Below, in pieces: positions 1 through 15,479 of a stretch of 64,000 bases of DNA; position 1 is the first letter of the stretch; each line of letters opens with the position of its first letter. The stretch is from the human T2T-CHM13v2.0 reference genome, Homo sapiens. The position numbers and the translations under genes were made by a program. Below the pieces are notes generated by a model. That model ran no database searches and had not been told where the DNA came from. It saw only the letters and a list, made by a program, of their open reading frames with translations. The DNA is taken from the NCBI RefSeq assembly GCF_009914755.1, contig NC_060927.1, one strand, 5' to 3'.

Positions 1-122
1 CAGATAATAGAGACTTACTAAAGGTAATCGCCTAACTTAATGTCACCCAGATATTAGATATTAAGTGTCAAAACTGTGATTTCAACTTGGGCTTTATGGC
101 TCCAGCAATGAGGCTCTTAAAA
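1..122 (-). mobile_element. MIR fragment
   Basis: Degenerate match to reverse MIR core (..aacttaatgtcacccag..gatttcaacttgggc..ggctccag..gctcttaa). Confidence 0.5.
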
Positions 123-313
123 CATGGTCACAAAGAAAACCTTCTTCCTTGGGATGAATCAGATTTGAGAAGATCAAGGGAGTAACAGCTACCTTTGCCC
201 TTGGAGATCAGATCCACTTAGTAGCTCTAAGTTATTAATCTTGCTTTTATTTTTTTTTTTAATTGTATGTTAGCGATCCTTTTGTTAAATGCAATGCTAG
301 CATCCCTCTCTGT

Positions 314-507
314 CAGGAGTTTGAATCTCAGCACCATTGATATTTGGGGCCCCATAAGTCTTTGTTGTAGGAGGGTATCTTGTACATTGTGGAATGGTTA
401 GCAGTATCTCTGGGCCCTCTGCCCCCATAGCTGTGACAACCAGTGTCTCCAGATGGACGTCGTTAAACATCCCCTAGGGGCAGAATGGATCCCTGATGAG
501 AATCACT
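314..507 (-). mobile_element. MER20 (hAT-Charlie) DNA transposon fossil
   Basis: tctcagcaccattgatatttggggc..ctttgttgt..tgtgacaacc..gtctccaga..tgagaatcact matches reverse MER20 consensus. Confidence 0.85.
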
Positions 508-544
508 CCTCAGCAGGAAGAAGACAGCAGTAAATTATAAACAG
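317..544 (+). other. Candidate cryptic/alternative exon derived from antisense MER20 (228 nt, stops in all three frames)
   Basis: Acceptor ccctctctgtcAG| at 316, perfect donor CAG|GTAAGT at 544/545, purine-rich GAAGAAGA near the donor. Confidence 0.5.
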
Positions 545-1269
545 GTAAGTGTTCTAACAGGGCTTCTGAAACTCATGCGTATGAGTCACTTCATAGCTTG
601 TCACAGTGGTTTTTTCAAGCATTACTCTGACTTAGTTGGTCTGGCTGGGAGCCAAGGGATCTGGAAAGTGATTGATGCAGGGTGTTTCTTGGACCGTACT
701 TTTAGGGGAAGTAGCCACAAAGAGCTGAACCTCACACCCTTTCATGTAAACTTCCTGCTTAGCAACAGAATAGAGTACCTTCATGGTTATTAAAATGCTT
801 TTCTCCTTGTCTTTTTATTTTTTCTTAGATCTGCTGGCCTATCTTGCTAGTGATTAAGTTTACAGTTCAGCTAATCATTTGCTCCAGGTTTCCGAGCTTG
901 TAAAATCGCATGCTGTGCATATAAATGTATAGGATTTTGACCTTAGAAACTGAGGAGCAATTATCCACATGTCTTAAGACAGAGTAGGCCACCTTTTGAC
1001 TTTGAAAGTATCACCAGGAGGGCATTTTATTTTTGAAAGTCAAGTTTTGTGTTTCGAAATATGTTTGTTGGGCTTCTTGGTAGCAGTTTAAGTTTTATTG
1101 TGATTAGGGGCTGAAACAAGTGATAAAAAATGAAGTTTCCTATTTAGTGATGTGATGTCACCTGTTGCTGCAGATGAGAGTTGGTTCTCTTTAAAAATTT
1201 GAAAGTGATACCATTTATATTTCAGGATTCTCACCATGTAATTTCTCTCTTCTGGCTATCAACCTGCAC

Positions 1270-3775
<2,506 letters not shown>

Positions 3776-4234
3776 TAAACATTGCACAGAGGTGCTCCGG
3801 CCTCATTGTTTGCCCTTATGCTGCTGCTTTTTTCTGTCTTCCTCTTCTTCTGACTTTATCCTTGTTTCTCTTATTGTATCTCTAGAGGTTATGCTTTAGA
3901 TAATTTGGGCAAGAAAAGTTGAAGCAGGTTCTATTAGATGATACATCAGAATCATCTGAGTTCATATTTAAACCTAGCTTTTCTGGTTTGGCAGTTGAAA
4001 TAGGCATGATAGGTTACATTGCGTTGTTTTGCCCAGGCATTACCTCTCCTCATTGTATGATTTTTGCAATGGAGTCTCTTTTCTTATTGAATAAAGCATG
4101 TGGCAAAGGTCTTTAAATGGAAAGAACCTTCTTTTGATGGTCTACTTGCTGTTGAAGTGAATAAATAAAGAAGAATGAAGAGCCAAAAGAGGAATTCAAA
4201 AAGAAAGAAAATGATTCTGTTGATTCTGGGGTAA

Positions 4235-4630
<396 letters not shown>

Positions 4631-5094
4631 CTTGTGTGCCCTCCATAAATGATGGTTAGTTCTGATAATGGTGTGTTAGTTACACATGGAATGGGTGAAT
4701 AATTCTGACAGGGAAGAAGAATGAAAAATAGGAGGTGGTTTTGGAATGATTGCTGAGACAGAATTGCTAATATTTTTAGGTAAAAGGAACGTAAGGGAAA
4801 TATTTTCAGGAAAAAATCCAAAATGACTGAAACAGTTGTGTTTGAGAGTGAACATGGTGAAAACTTGTGCCTTGAAAGTGATTTCATATGGCCTTTTAAA
4901 AGGCCCCTTCAGGAGAGAGAGCTGTCGGTTTCTGCTTTGGTGTCATTTCAGTCTTGCTTGGAACATTGCTCTCTGTTGTTGTGCTGTCTATGGAAAAAAG
5001 GGTGAACCTCCAGAAGACTCACCAGGAATGGGTCCCAAACCACACTTCCCTGGAGACTCATCGGGGAACACCTGCTACTGGATTTTCAGAACCT

Positions 5095-5185
5095 GTTTGT
5101 GGATTCCAATTCAGTAGATTTGGGGGCAGGGGGACAGGCATCTGTATATAGTTTGAAACAGAGATCCTAGGAAATTCTGAAATGG
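5095..5185. mobile_element. MER5-like fragment
   Basis: gattccaattcagtagatttggggg..ggcatctgtat..cctaggaaattctga. Confidence 0.45.
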
Positions 5186-5244
5186 GGCCAATGTGTCAGT
5201 GGGATTCATCGGGATGTCGTGGGATTTAGCAGCTGTAGTAGCAT

Positions 5245-5437
5245 CTTCAGTTCTGCTACCAACTTTGTGTGTAACCCCAGGAAAATCACTTAACCTTTTT
5301 GTACCTTCTTTAACTCAGCCTTCTGAAAGAGGAGGCATAAGGGATAATAACTCTGACCTACTTTACATCGTTGTGAAGAATTACTTTAAAAAATGACTGC
5401 AAAGCACTTTGCAAATAGAAATTGCTCTATAAATGTC
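5245..5437 (+). mobile_element. MIR (MIR3/MIRc-like)
   Basis: cagttctgctaccaac..tgtgtaacc..aatcacttaacct..gttgtgaagaatta..aaagcactttg..tgctctataaatg. Confidence 0.65.
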
Positions 5438-6223
5438 TGTTTTTTAAAAAATGTAATTTTCTAACACAGTTTTAAACACAAATAGTCTTGTTGAGTGCAT
5501 CAGCTCAAATTACAAGTATCAAATGACATGGTATGATGGCTAGAAATAGTGTTTTTTTTTTTAAATACCCAAAGTTAGAGGCAATAAGGAAACAACACAA
5601 GGTTGTAATGTCGTCGTTTATCTGTATCATCGTTAAAAAATAATGCTGACGCTAACCTCTACATCCACATTTTCCGGTTTGTTTTGTTTTGTATTTTTAA
5701 TAGGCTACTCCCATGAATTTGAGAATTTAATTAGAAAAATAAATGACTTCTACCATTGCTGCTGTGCTGTTAATTCTCCCCCTCCTTCCCAATCTCTCAA
5801 TGAAAGGCCTGCTCCTCCTGTCATTAGACACATCTGTGGATCTGTTAGAAGTCTGTAAATGGACGCACACCTGCAGAGTTGGCAAAGACTCTGTAAGTCC
5901 CCATCCTCTGATGTAAGGTGTGTTTTCCTGTCATTCATCCATCCCTGCAGGAGCACCCCAAACACCTCCTCTTCAAATCTGCTGCAGTGCAGCTCCCAAA
6001 CCACCCTGTCTCTAAGGCTAAGTAAGACAACTGGAGGCCCATTAATGCCCAGGTCCACGGATTGTAAGCTTATTTTCCACCTCCAAATTTGGTGGCAGGA
6101 TGGTTGAGGTGGTAACAAATATCAGACAAGTTAGAGGACAGAGTCCATGTGAATTCAGAACACATAATTTTAGGCACTTGTCACTATATGTGTGTACTGT
6201 AGTTAAAAAAAAAAATCGTAGGT

Positions 6224-6447
6224 GGCAGTACAGAATAGTTGCTCTGGAGTGTCACCAGCCAGGTAAAAATCCTGGTCCCGCTGTGGTTTTAGGCAAGGGA
6301 TCTAACCTCACGAAGCCTCCATTACCTCATCTTTAACCTGTGGATGCTAACAGCAATAATCTCATAACAATGCTGTGAAGGTCAGTGGAAATAAGCATAG
6401 AAACTTGTTAGTTCAGCGCCTGGAACATACTAAGTGTTCAACATAGC
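6224..6447 (+). mobile_element. MIR
   Basis: gctctggagt..aggcaag..taacctc..cctcatct..tgtgaaggtcagtg..gcctggaacatactaagtgttcaa. Confidence 0.75.
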
Positions 6448-7845
6448 TGAGCGCTCTTAATCTGCTGACAAAGGCAGTGGTGCCCTTGTAGGAATAGATG
6501 GCAAACCATATGGACTAACGTGGATTTCAGATGTTCTAGTAGTCTACATTTAAATATTTTTAAGCTCGGCTACCAATAAACTTAATGGCTTATGTTTTGT
6601 TGGGTTTTCTCTTAAGTTATATTTTGCTACCATGTCTGTATATATCTGTAGTTTTTCATACAGATAACACAGTATGATGCTTTGTGCATCCTTCAGCAGT
6701 GTGTTATTGCAAACAAGGAGTGTGAAGGTTGGGTTGGTAAGCAAAGAACTGCCTCCATATTTGAGTTCTGTGATGCAAAAAAGTTACTGGATGGCTTTCA
6801 ACTCTTAATTAATGTTTCTATTGACTGCTGATGCTAAGAAAGTATTATCACTTGTTCCCTCTGGGTGGTATACACTGAGATGAGGTAGATAAGAACAACC
6901 TTGGATGTACTGTTTCAGTTCCCTTGGAAACTATAAATCCAAAGGTGAATTTGCACGCTATGTGCAAGATGTATATGCTTCCCAATTTCAACTGCAGTTC
7001 CCTCAGTCCACAGAGAAGTGTTCTTGTTTTGTACTGTCTATTGACTGGGCTAAGCGTTAATAGCATCCCAGATTCTTCAATCCAGCAAGCTTTAGAGCCT
7101 TTTCACACTGATTCTGAGATAAGCCAATTTGCCAACTGCTTTCCTAGGGTGACCACCTGCTCCTGGGGTCTGAACCATCTGATTTTAGATAAATTCAGGC
7201 TCCACAATTTGTAGAATGCCATTTCTTTTTCCTTTACTTTGTAACATTGATATCACTGCTAGATATCTGGACCTTAAAAAAGTAAAAGAAACCTCTTTAA
7301 TAAAAAGGATGTTTTAAAATGATATTACCTGATAATTATGCTTGCCTATTTTTATACCTCTTCCCCCATTTTTCCTTGATGAAGGTTTTTGTCTTGTAAT
7401 GAAACGTGGTAATAAAGAGCATATTGGATGGGAAGGTACTCTATTGTCCTACCAGCTTGGTGTGGAGAAAATAAAACGTTAGGTATACACTGAATTGTTG
7501 GTTATCACCCAGTATGAATTGTCCTTCTCACCATGGGGTGTACCATATGCAGACTGTTAGCCTGCTCTGGGGACCTGGAGAGATGCCACATTCTTCTGTT
7601 TCCAGGCTGATTGGAACTGAAAGGGTTGGGCATGAATGTTAGGGTGGCCTAAGGTAGTCTTTCTGCCTGCTTGTTTGGAAAGAATTAGGTGGGAGAACAT
7701 GCTGAGAGCTACTTTCCATTGTATGGTTCTTAATACCTCAGGGCTGATTATAGCATTGGAGGGAGAAGCAGGTGCTTGCTAGACAGGTGCATGTAGGCCC
7801 AAGGGAACAAATGTAATTCATTGAGCCTTAGTTTCCATCACCTGT

Positions 7846-8003
7846 GTATTAAGATTCATCAAATGGAAGACGCCCTTGAATGTAAGACCTGCTATCTTTT
7901 ATGTACCCCTAAGGAAGAAAACTCACTACCAATTAAACTGTGCTATATTGCTAAGTTACCATCAATAATAGTATCTGTCCTGATTTCAGAGATAAAAGAT
8001 GTA
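7846..8003. mobile_element. MER96B-like DNA transposon fragment inside a MIR (MIR pieces ~7820-7845, 8004-8120)
   Basis: tgtaagacc..ttttatgtacccctaaggaagaaa..ccaattaaactg..tcctgatttcagagat. Confidence 0.55.
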
Positions 8004-8169
8004 AGTTGTAAAATATAAAAGCACTTATATCATAAATTTCTAAGGACCACATTAGATAGTATACCTGTAAAGTATCAGCAGTGTCTTAACATATAGTGAG
8101 CACTCAGTAATCATTAACTGTCTTCTCTCAGCCCTCTCTCCTGGTAGTATTTGGTAAATACTTCCTACC

Positions 8170-8270
8170 TGGTAAATCTTTATTGAGCATGTAATATGTA
8201 TCTATCATTGTTTTGTGTATCTGGCATATATCAGTGAACAAAATAGTACATAGATCCTAGCTCTGTTGCT
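8170..8270 (-). mobile_element. L2 3' fragment
   Basis: tttattgagcatgtaatatgt..cagtgaacaaaa. Confidence 0.55.
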
Positions 8271-8780
8271 TATTTTTGATATCAGGGATATAATGTGGAC
8301 TTAGGGACCTGCCATCTTGGTAACTAGGAGAGTCGCCCCTCAACTCAGCTCTCCTTTCCCACCAGGGGCTGCTTTACTTGGCCTTGTCTTTGGGGTTGAA
8401 TGTGTGTGCCAGTAGCATAGGCACATGTAAGACCTGCCAAACTCCTTCCAGTCTCATTGCCTTCCAGTGTTTTCTGTGTACCTTACACTCTGTCTAAGCT
8501 GATGGCATACCTTGCCTCAAACAAACCATGCTCTCTCCCCTCTCCCTTTATCTGTCCCGTGCTGTTCTCTCCATCTGGTATTTTGTGTCCCCCACCATGA
8601 ACATGCAGATTCCCCAGCGAATCCCATGAGCTGCTGCTCTCCTGATGCCTTACCTCGTCCTTTCATCTGAGTGTAATTTACCACCTCAGGCTTTCTGCAT
8701 GACACTGCTTTACATCTGCTCCTCTGAGGGTACTCACAGAATGCGATACTGATACTGCAGTCACGTGGCTATTGGCTTCT

Positions 8781-9100
<320 letters not shown>

Positions 9101-11580
9101 TAAGGAAGCCCACTTAACAGTAATTACTGGCCAAAGATACATGTTTTTATTAATGCAAATCAGCATGTCACACTGAATTATATAAACATATAGTGTGTAT
9201 ATTAAACAAATTAAGTCATGACCTTACAATCAGGTCATATGGTGGTCTGTACTTAATTATTTTTATATTTTATTAACAGGAAGTGTGTAATTAAGCACGG
9301 ATGGCTCTTCCCACCCCTTTCCTTTTTACATATGTCTGTTCTGTCTTCTCACATTTCTGGACTGACTTAAACTTGTCAGCCAGAAAGATGGATGTCATTC
9401 AGGTATTGGCAGGAAGAGATGCTTCTGTAAATAGTCTCTTTCACATCTGGGTGTTCAGTTTTCCTGCTGGGGCTGAGAGAATCTGATGAGCTTTGGGTAT
9501 TTCTTTCCACAGCCGGGACTGATCCAGCCTGTGCCTCCTCTCTGGCGTAACCTCATCCTGTCCTTCCTCATTTTTAACACCCAAGTGCAGCTGCAGGGGC
9601 TTTCATCCGCCTCAGACTTGCCAGTACCCACCACTTGAAACTGGGCCCTGCTGTGATTGTAAGTCTCCATCCAGAAGGAGCTGGGTTTTTTTCTCAGGAC
9701 TCAAGAGACTGTGAAAGTCTGAAAAAATTTTGTGCCAAGAGAAAGAAGTGCAAACATCCTCTGTTTTCTGTCTCTAAAGCAGGGTCAGTGGTTTCCAGTG
9801 CTGTGTTTTTATGTCATTTGACTAACCATCTCCCTACAGGCCCAAGCAAATGTGGGCAGTGCAGATCAAGCCTGCTTCCCAGGACTTTTTGAGAGTGACG
9901 GTGGTACAGTATTTCACTGTTTGTAGCATGCCTATAGACTGCCAATTTACAGGATTTAAAACCTTCCTGGCAGATGTCCAGAGGCCTCTGGCTCATATCT
10001 ACCTAGTTTCATGGTTGGCTTTCTAACTCTTACATAACAGCTGGGGTTTTTCACTACATTTAAATTGTTACTCAGAATTTAATGTAGTCTTTCTAAAATG
10101 CTGTCCCCTAGGTGGCTTAACAAAGGTGTAAATCCAGTCTGTAGAAGCCAAGAAAGGCATTGCATATGAGTATAGCTGGTATTTACATTTCACATATGTA
10201 TTTTTTTCCAGTTGACAAAAATCAGCCCAGTAATTTTACCCTGGGTTTTCATCCTAGTAAAGAAAATTGTTAAATATTACCAAAGTATAAAGTGATCTTT
10301 GATTCTAATTGGAAAGCCTTTTTTTTTTTGATGCTCAAAAGTAATGTTGTAAATGGGTAGAAAATTGTCCATTTGGTTCCTGCTGTCTGTCTTTTCCTGC
10401 ACTTTGATGAAGGAAAGGCTTTTTTTCCCCCAGTCCCTAGAAGACCTCAAAGGAGCTGCTTTTTGAAGGAAAAGGCTTCATTCTCCCTGCTCGAAAGATT
10501 GCCACACTATAGATATTTGAAAATCAGATGCGGTAATCAGAAAGCTATTCTGATAGTCTGACTGCTCTGCCGATACAGGTTATATTACTCTCACACAATA
10601 TGTTATCACGTAAGGGCTGGGGAGGACATACATACTTCAGTGGGTAAACTGAGGTTAGGGACATAGGGAGCTTGACTGTGATTCCAAGTATGTGGTGAGC
10701 TCACAACCCCCAAGATTATCTTATCCTCTAAACGGTCTTGTCATGCGCTTTTCAGGAGTCACATTAGAATCTGCTTTCTAAGACCATATCTAGTGGCTGG
10801 GCTGTTTTTTAATGGATCACTTCCCCTTCCATCTTTTGACACTATCTATCCAATTCTCAGGATTCTTTGTCTTTCAAAACTTCATGTGCTGTATTGAACT
10901 TTTCATTTTCTCAGATTAAAGGTGGTCTTTTAACAGTTAGCATACTTGCTTGTTCATCCATTTCTTTGTTAGACACGTAACACAAATTCAATCCCCAGGA
11001 GTATTTAAGCATCTCCGGAGCATTCTGTGTTTTGGTCTGTATTTCAGTTAAAGATCTACAAAATCAAGAGAGAACTTCTGAAGTCAAACCAAGCAGGTTC
11101 AGATATCTGCCCAACTTTGTTGATTTTCACTCTTTCTATGGTGGGATAAACAGGGACAGCTGAGAGGTGTTATTAGAAAACTTTCAACTGAGTCAAAAAT
11201 AAAAGCAAGGGCCAAAGCTTCTTCACCCTTTGTCTGTGTCCATTTAACTTCCCAAAATACTTCTTCTCTAGATGAAATAGACCATTCAGTATTTCATCAC
11301 TAATTTTACATGTATTATGTCTCCAGGATTAAGATTCCTTGTACTTAGGAGAAAATATTCTCTTATGAAAGAATCATGTAAGTATTAATTTTTTCATTAG
11401 TGTGTTTTATTTCAGAGAGACATGAATACATGGAGTTTTATATTTTAGGTTTTTTTAGCTCTAAAAGTACATGTGACATTATTAAAGTTGGAATGCTTCC
11501 TTTTTTTGCTGTGGAGAAAGTGAAGTCATATTTGAAGAAAACATTTTAAGACCTTGGATTTAAAAATTATAGGGACTTGG

Positions 11581-11883
11581 GGCTGGGCTCGGTGGCTCAT
11601 ACCTGTAATCCCAGCACTTTGAGAGGCTGAGGCAGGTGGATCATGAGGTCAGGAGTTCAAGACCAGTCTGGCCAACATAATGAAACCCTGTCTCTACTAA
11701 AAATAAAAAAAAAATTAGCCGGGTGTGATGGTGTGCACCTTTAATCCCAGCTCCTCGGGAGGCTGAGGCAGGAGAATCATGTGAACTGCGGAGGTGGAGG
11801 TTTCAGTGAGCCGAGATCATGCCATTGCATTCCAGCCCGGGTGACAATGCTCAACTCCACCTGAAAAAAAAAGGAAAAAAAAA
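11581..11883 (+). mobile_element. AluS (Sg-like), full length
   Basis: ggatcatgaggtcaggagttc diagnostic; A tail; ggacttgg repeated on both sides. Confidence 0.95.
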
Positions 11884-11895
11884 CATATATATATG

Positions 11896-12187
11896 GACTT
11901 GGTGTGGTGGCTCACACCTGTAATCTCAGCACTTTGTGAGGTCGAGGTAGGAGGATCACTTTAGCCCAGGAATTCGAGACCAGCCTGGGCAACATAGGTA
12001 GACCCCATTTCTCCAAATAAAAAGTAAAAAATAAAAACCTAACCAAGGGTGGTGGCACAGGCCTGTAGTCCCAGCTCCTCTAGATGTTGAGGTAGGAGGA
12101 TCACATGGGTCTGGGAGATCAAGTCTGCAATGTGTTGTAATTACACCACTGTATTCTAGCTGGGCTGGGAGACAGAGTGAGACCCTG
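11896..12187 (+). mobile_element. AluJ
   Basis: gaggatcactttagcccaggaattcgagaccagcctgggcaacata; the tail is replaced by a GTAG repeat. Confidence 0.92.
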
Positions 12188-12238
12188 TAGGTAGGTAGGT
12201 AGGTAGGTAGGTAGGTAGGTAGGTAGGTAGGTAGGTAG
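12187..12238. repeat. (GTAG)13 tetranucleotide microsatellite
   Basis: 13 perfect units. Confidence 0.98.
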
Positions 12239-13250
12239 AATTGTGTTCATATTGTAGAAATCCATATATCTGAGTTAGATTTTTAAAACGCTGTCTGACT
12301 ACTGTTGCTCCTGGCTACAACATTAAAAAAAGGTGTCCTGGTTTTCTTTTCAGGAAAGAGCGATATTTTTATTTTTTTCATAGAAAACAGAATTAAACCA
12401 ATAAATGAAGTTATTACACTTTTGAGTTGGACAACTTAAAACACACAATGTTTGAAATTATAAAGCATTTTTGCAAGAAGTTGTTATTTGGGGTAACATA
12501 TTCTGTCACAGTATGCTACTTATTCCTTCTCTTCCCCAACTTCCCCCACCCCTTTTTTTTTTATATAAATGGTGTCATAGTAAATATTTATTATAGAATA
12601 TGATAACTACTGGCCTGGTTCTTAATGCCTGGTTTATACTCTTGCTAAGAAAAGCTCGAGGGTGACTCTCAAATCTCAGGCTAATTCTAAAACCAACAAT
12701 TGAGAAGCCTCCTTTCTGGATCCAAAGGCACATGGTCTCTCTCCCCTGCCTCCATGATCAAGGAAGACATCACTAGTTGATCAGGCCGTCTTCCCAGCAG
12801 AGCCCAGATGTGCCCTCCTGATTCTTCTCAGCATTGCTCTGAAAGCTGCCTCCATCAGTCATGTCGAATTGGTACTCACGATGAAATCTCTTTGACATCC
12901 TTGAATAAAAGTGTGTTTTTATGGAAGGTCCTTTTATGAGCAAAACCCTGTGCTGAAGGGGATTGCAGAAAATCCTTTCTTCTGGGAATTTATAAGTCTA
13001 GTAAGGAAGATTATTGCAGCACTGGGTAGAACCATAAGCAAAATGCAGACAAAAGTTCCTGTAATTAAGGGAACACAGATGATAACGATTGGCCTGGAAG
13101 AATTCTTGGTTGCTTTGATCTTATCTGAAATCGGACTGTCAGTGGGACTTCTTTCTCAATTGTGGTAAAGCTAAGGAGCCGATTTCCTTTGTAACTGCTG
13201 AGCAGAGACCAAGGTACAGGTCTGAAGGAACTTATAAAGTCAGTATTTTG

Positions 13251-13523
13251 GAACTGGATGCAGCGGCTCATACCTGTAATCCCAGCACTTTGGAGGCCAT
13301 GGTGGGAAAAATCACTTGAGGCCAGGAGTTTGATGCCAGCAACATAGCGAGACCCCCGTCTCTGTGGAAAGTAAAACAATTAGCTGGGTGTAGTGGTGTG
13401 TGCCTGTAGTCTCAGCTATTCTGGAGGCTGAGGCAAGAGGATGGCTTGAGCCCAAGAGTTCGAGGCTATAGTGAGTTATGATTGTGCCACTGCTCCAGCC
13501 TGGGCGACAGAACAAGACCACCT

Positions 13524-13558
<35 letters not shown>
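13251..13558 (+). mobile_element. AluJ with long poly(A)
   Basis: gaggatggcttgagcccaagagttcgaggctatagtgag; A run 13530-13558. Confidence 0.93.
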
Positions 13559-13560
<2 letters not shown>

Positions 13561-13843
13561 GGCCGGGCTCACGCCTGTAATCCTAGCACTTTGGGAGGCC
13601 AAGGCAGGTGGATCACTTGAGGTCAGGAGTTCGAGACCAGCCTGGCCAACACGGTGAAACCCTGTCTCTATTAAAAATGCAAAACTTAGCCAGGCATGGT
13701 GGCGCATGCCTGTAGTCCCAGCTACTCGGGAGGCTGAGGTGGGGAATCGCTTGAACCTGGGAGGCGGAGTTTGCAGTGAGCCGGGATCGTACTACTGTAC
13801 TCCAGCCTGGGCAACAGAGCAAAAAAAAAAAAAAAAAAAAAAA
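13561..13843 (+). mobile_element. AluS (Sx-like) inserted at the end of the AluJ tail
   Basis: Both arms; small deletions at head and tail; flanked by A(n)tc on both sides. Confidence 0.95.
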
Positions 13844-14749
13844 TCAGTTTTTCAGAAGTGGAAATCTAGTTGTGAAATATATATTGGGAGGTCATTGGCT
13901 GCATTTGGCCACAGTTCCACATGTAAGATTTGGAGGACGTGGTTAGAGTTTGAGTAATTTAGGATCAACAGTTCAATCCTGTATAATTTAGTGACTCAGT
14001 GCAGCAATAAACCCTGGAACCTTCTGCTTCTGTGTTTCTCCTCTGCAGGAATTAAGGGCAGATAGAAAGAAAGCAAACATGAATTAATTTGATTTTATGT
14101 GCTTAAGGAGACATAATGAGAATCTGTTGGTGAGGTAGAAGTTACCACCAATCTACATAAAAATGAATAATACTGACATTAAAAGAAAGAACATCAATTA
14201 TGTTGCAGTGATTGCAGGTTTAAATCATGTTAGGGCTTAGGCTTAACACGTAAGAGTCTCCAGTTCCCGAATTTGTTGGGCCTTACATGGAAGCTGAGAT
14301 ATGACAGAGGGGTCTGAAATACTGCCCCCCATTCCAAGTGAGATTTCCTACTGTTCCTTTCACTGACTTGCCCTTTCACTAGATATGCTATCTTTTCTCA
14401 GAAACACTAAAAAGGATTTTTGTGTTTGCAAAGAGTAGGAATGAAATGGGGTTTTTCTACCCCTTCTGATAACTGGGTACTTTTAATGGCAAGGCTATTC
14501 TTGGTTTCATTCCTTGGCCAATTTTGAGATAATTTTTTAAGCACATTGGAGCCCACGTGCTCAGTGGTGGTTCTTCAGCAGAAAATTCAAAGATCAGCTA
14601 CTGAGAATTTTAGATTTCCTGTTGTAAGAGGTCAAACAAATGGTACAAGTTACATAAGCGTTTCTTCGATGATAAAGGAGCTGTTTTCTCTAGATAGGTG
14701 TACCCTTTTCAGCTAGCTAATATGAATCTGTGTCAACACAGGTTTTAAT

Positions 14750-15094
14750 TTTTTAATTTTTATGTATTCATTTTTTGAGATAGGGTCTCACTCTGTTTCC
14801 CAGGTTAGAGTGCAATGCTGTGATCATGGCTCACTGCAGCCTTAACTTCTTGGGGCCAAGCAATCCTCCCACGTCAGTCCCCCAGTTAGCCAGGACCACA
14901 GGTGCACCACCACACCTGACTAATTTTTAAAAATTTTTTTGTAGCAATACAGTCTCACTGTGTTTCCTAGGCTCGTCTTGAGCTCCTGGGCTCAAGCAGT
15001 TCTCTTGCCTCAGCCTCCCAAAATGCTCAAGCAGTTATCTTGCCTCAGCCTCCCAAAATGCTGGGTTTACAGTTATGAGCCATGGCATCTGACC
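14750..15094 (-). mobile_element. AluJ with an internal 35-bp tandem duplication
   Basis: gatcatggctcactgcagccttaac; duplicated unit 14990-15059. Confidence 0.93.
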
Positions 15095-15479
15095 TCAACT
15101 GAAGTTTTAAAATCTGTAGGACTATACAGTTTAAACCTCAAGGGTAGCAAAGTAATAATATAAAAACTACAATACATGAGGTTTGTTAGAGAAATCGAAT
15201 TGCTAATATTGCTGCCATGGTATTTGTATACAATAATATACCAAGTGAGATTTTTATCGCTGATAAATATTAAAGTCTGTTCCAAAATCATTTAAACACT
15301 TTTTTAAAATTTGGACATCAGGTTCAGAGAGTTTAGTGATCATACTCTTCATGGCATACTGTCCTCCTTGGTTTGTGAAGGGGCTCCTTGTGGTTTGTTT
15401 TGCTTTACTTCATTTTTCTCTTTCACTCATATTCCATTCTTTTTTCCCCAAAGATGCTGATTAGTAGTATTTTTAATTC

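Noticed and set aside
9455-9670. KYPKLI hexapeptide, also present in FTO protein as I recall it
   Set aside because: Six residues on the - strand with no flanking similarity; chance, and not used as locus evidence
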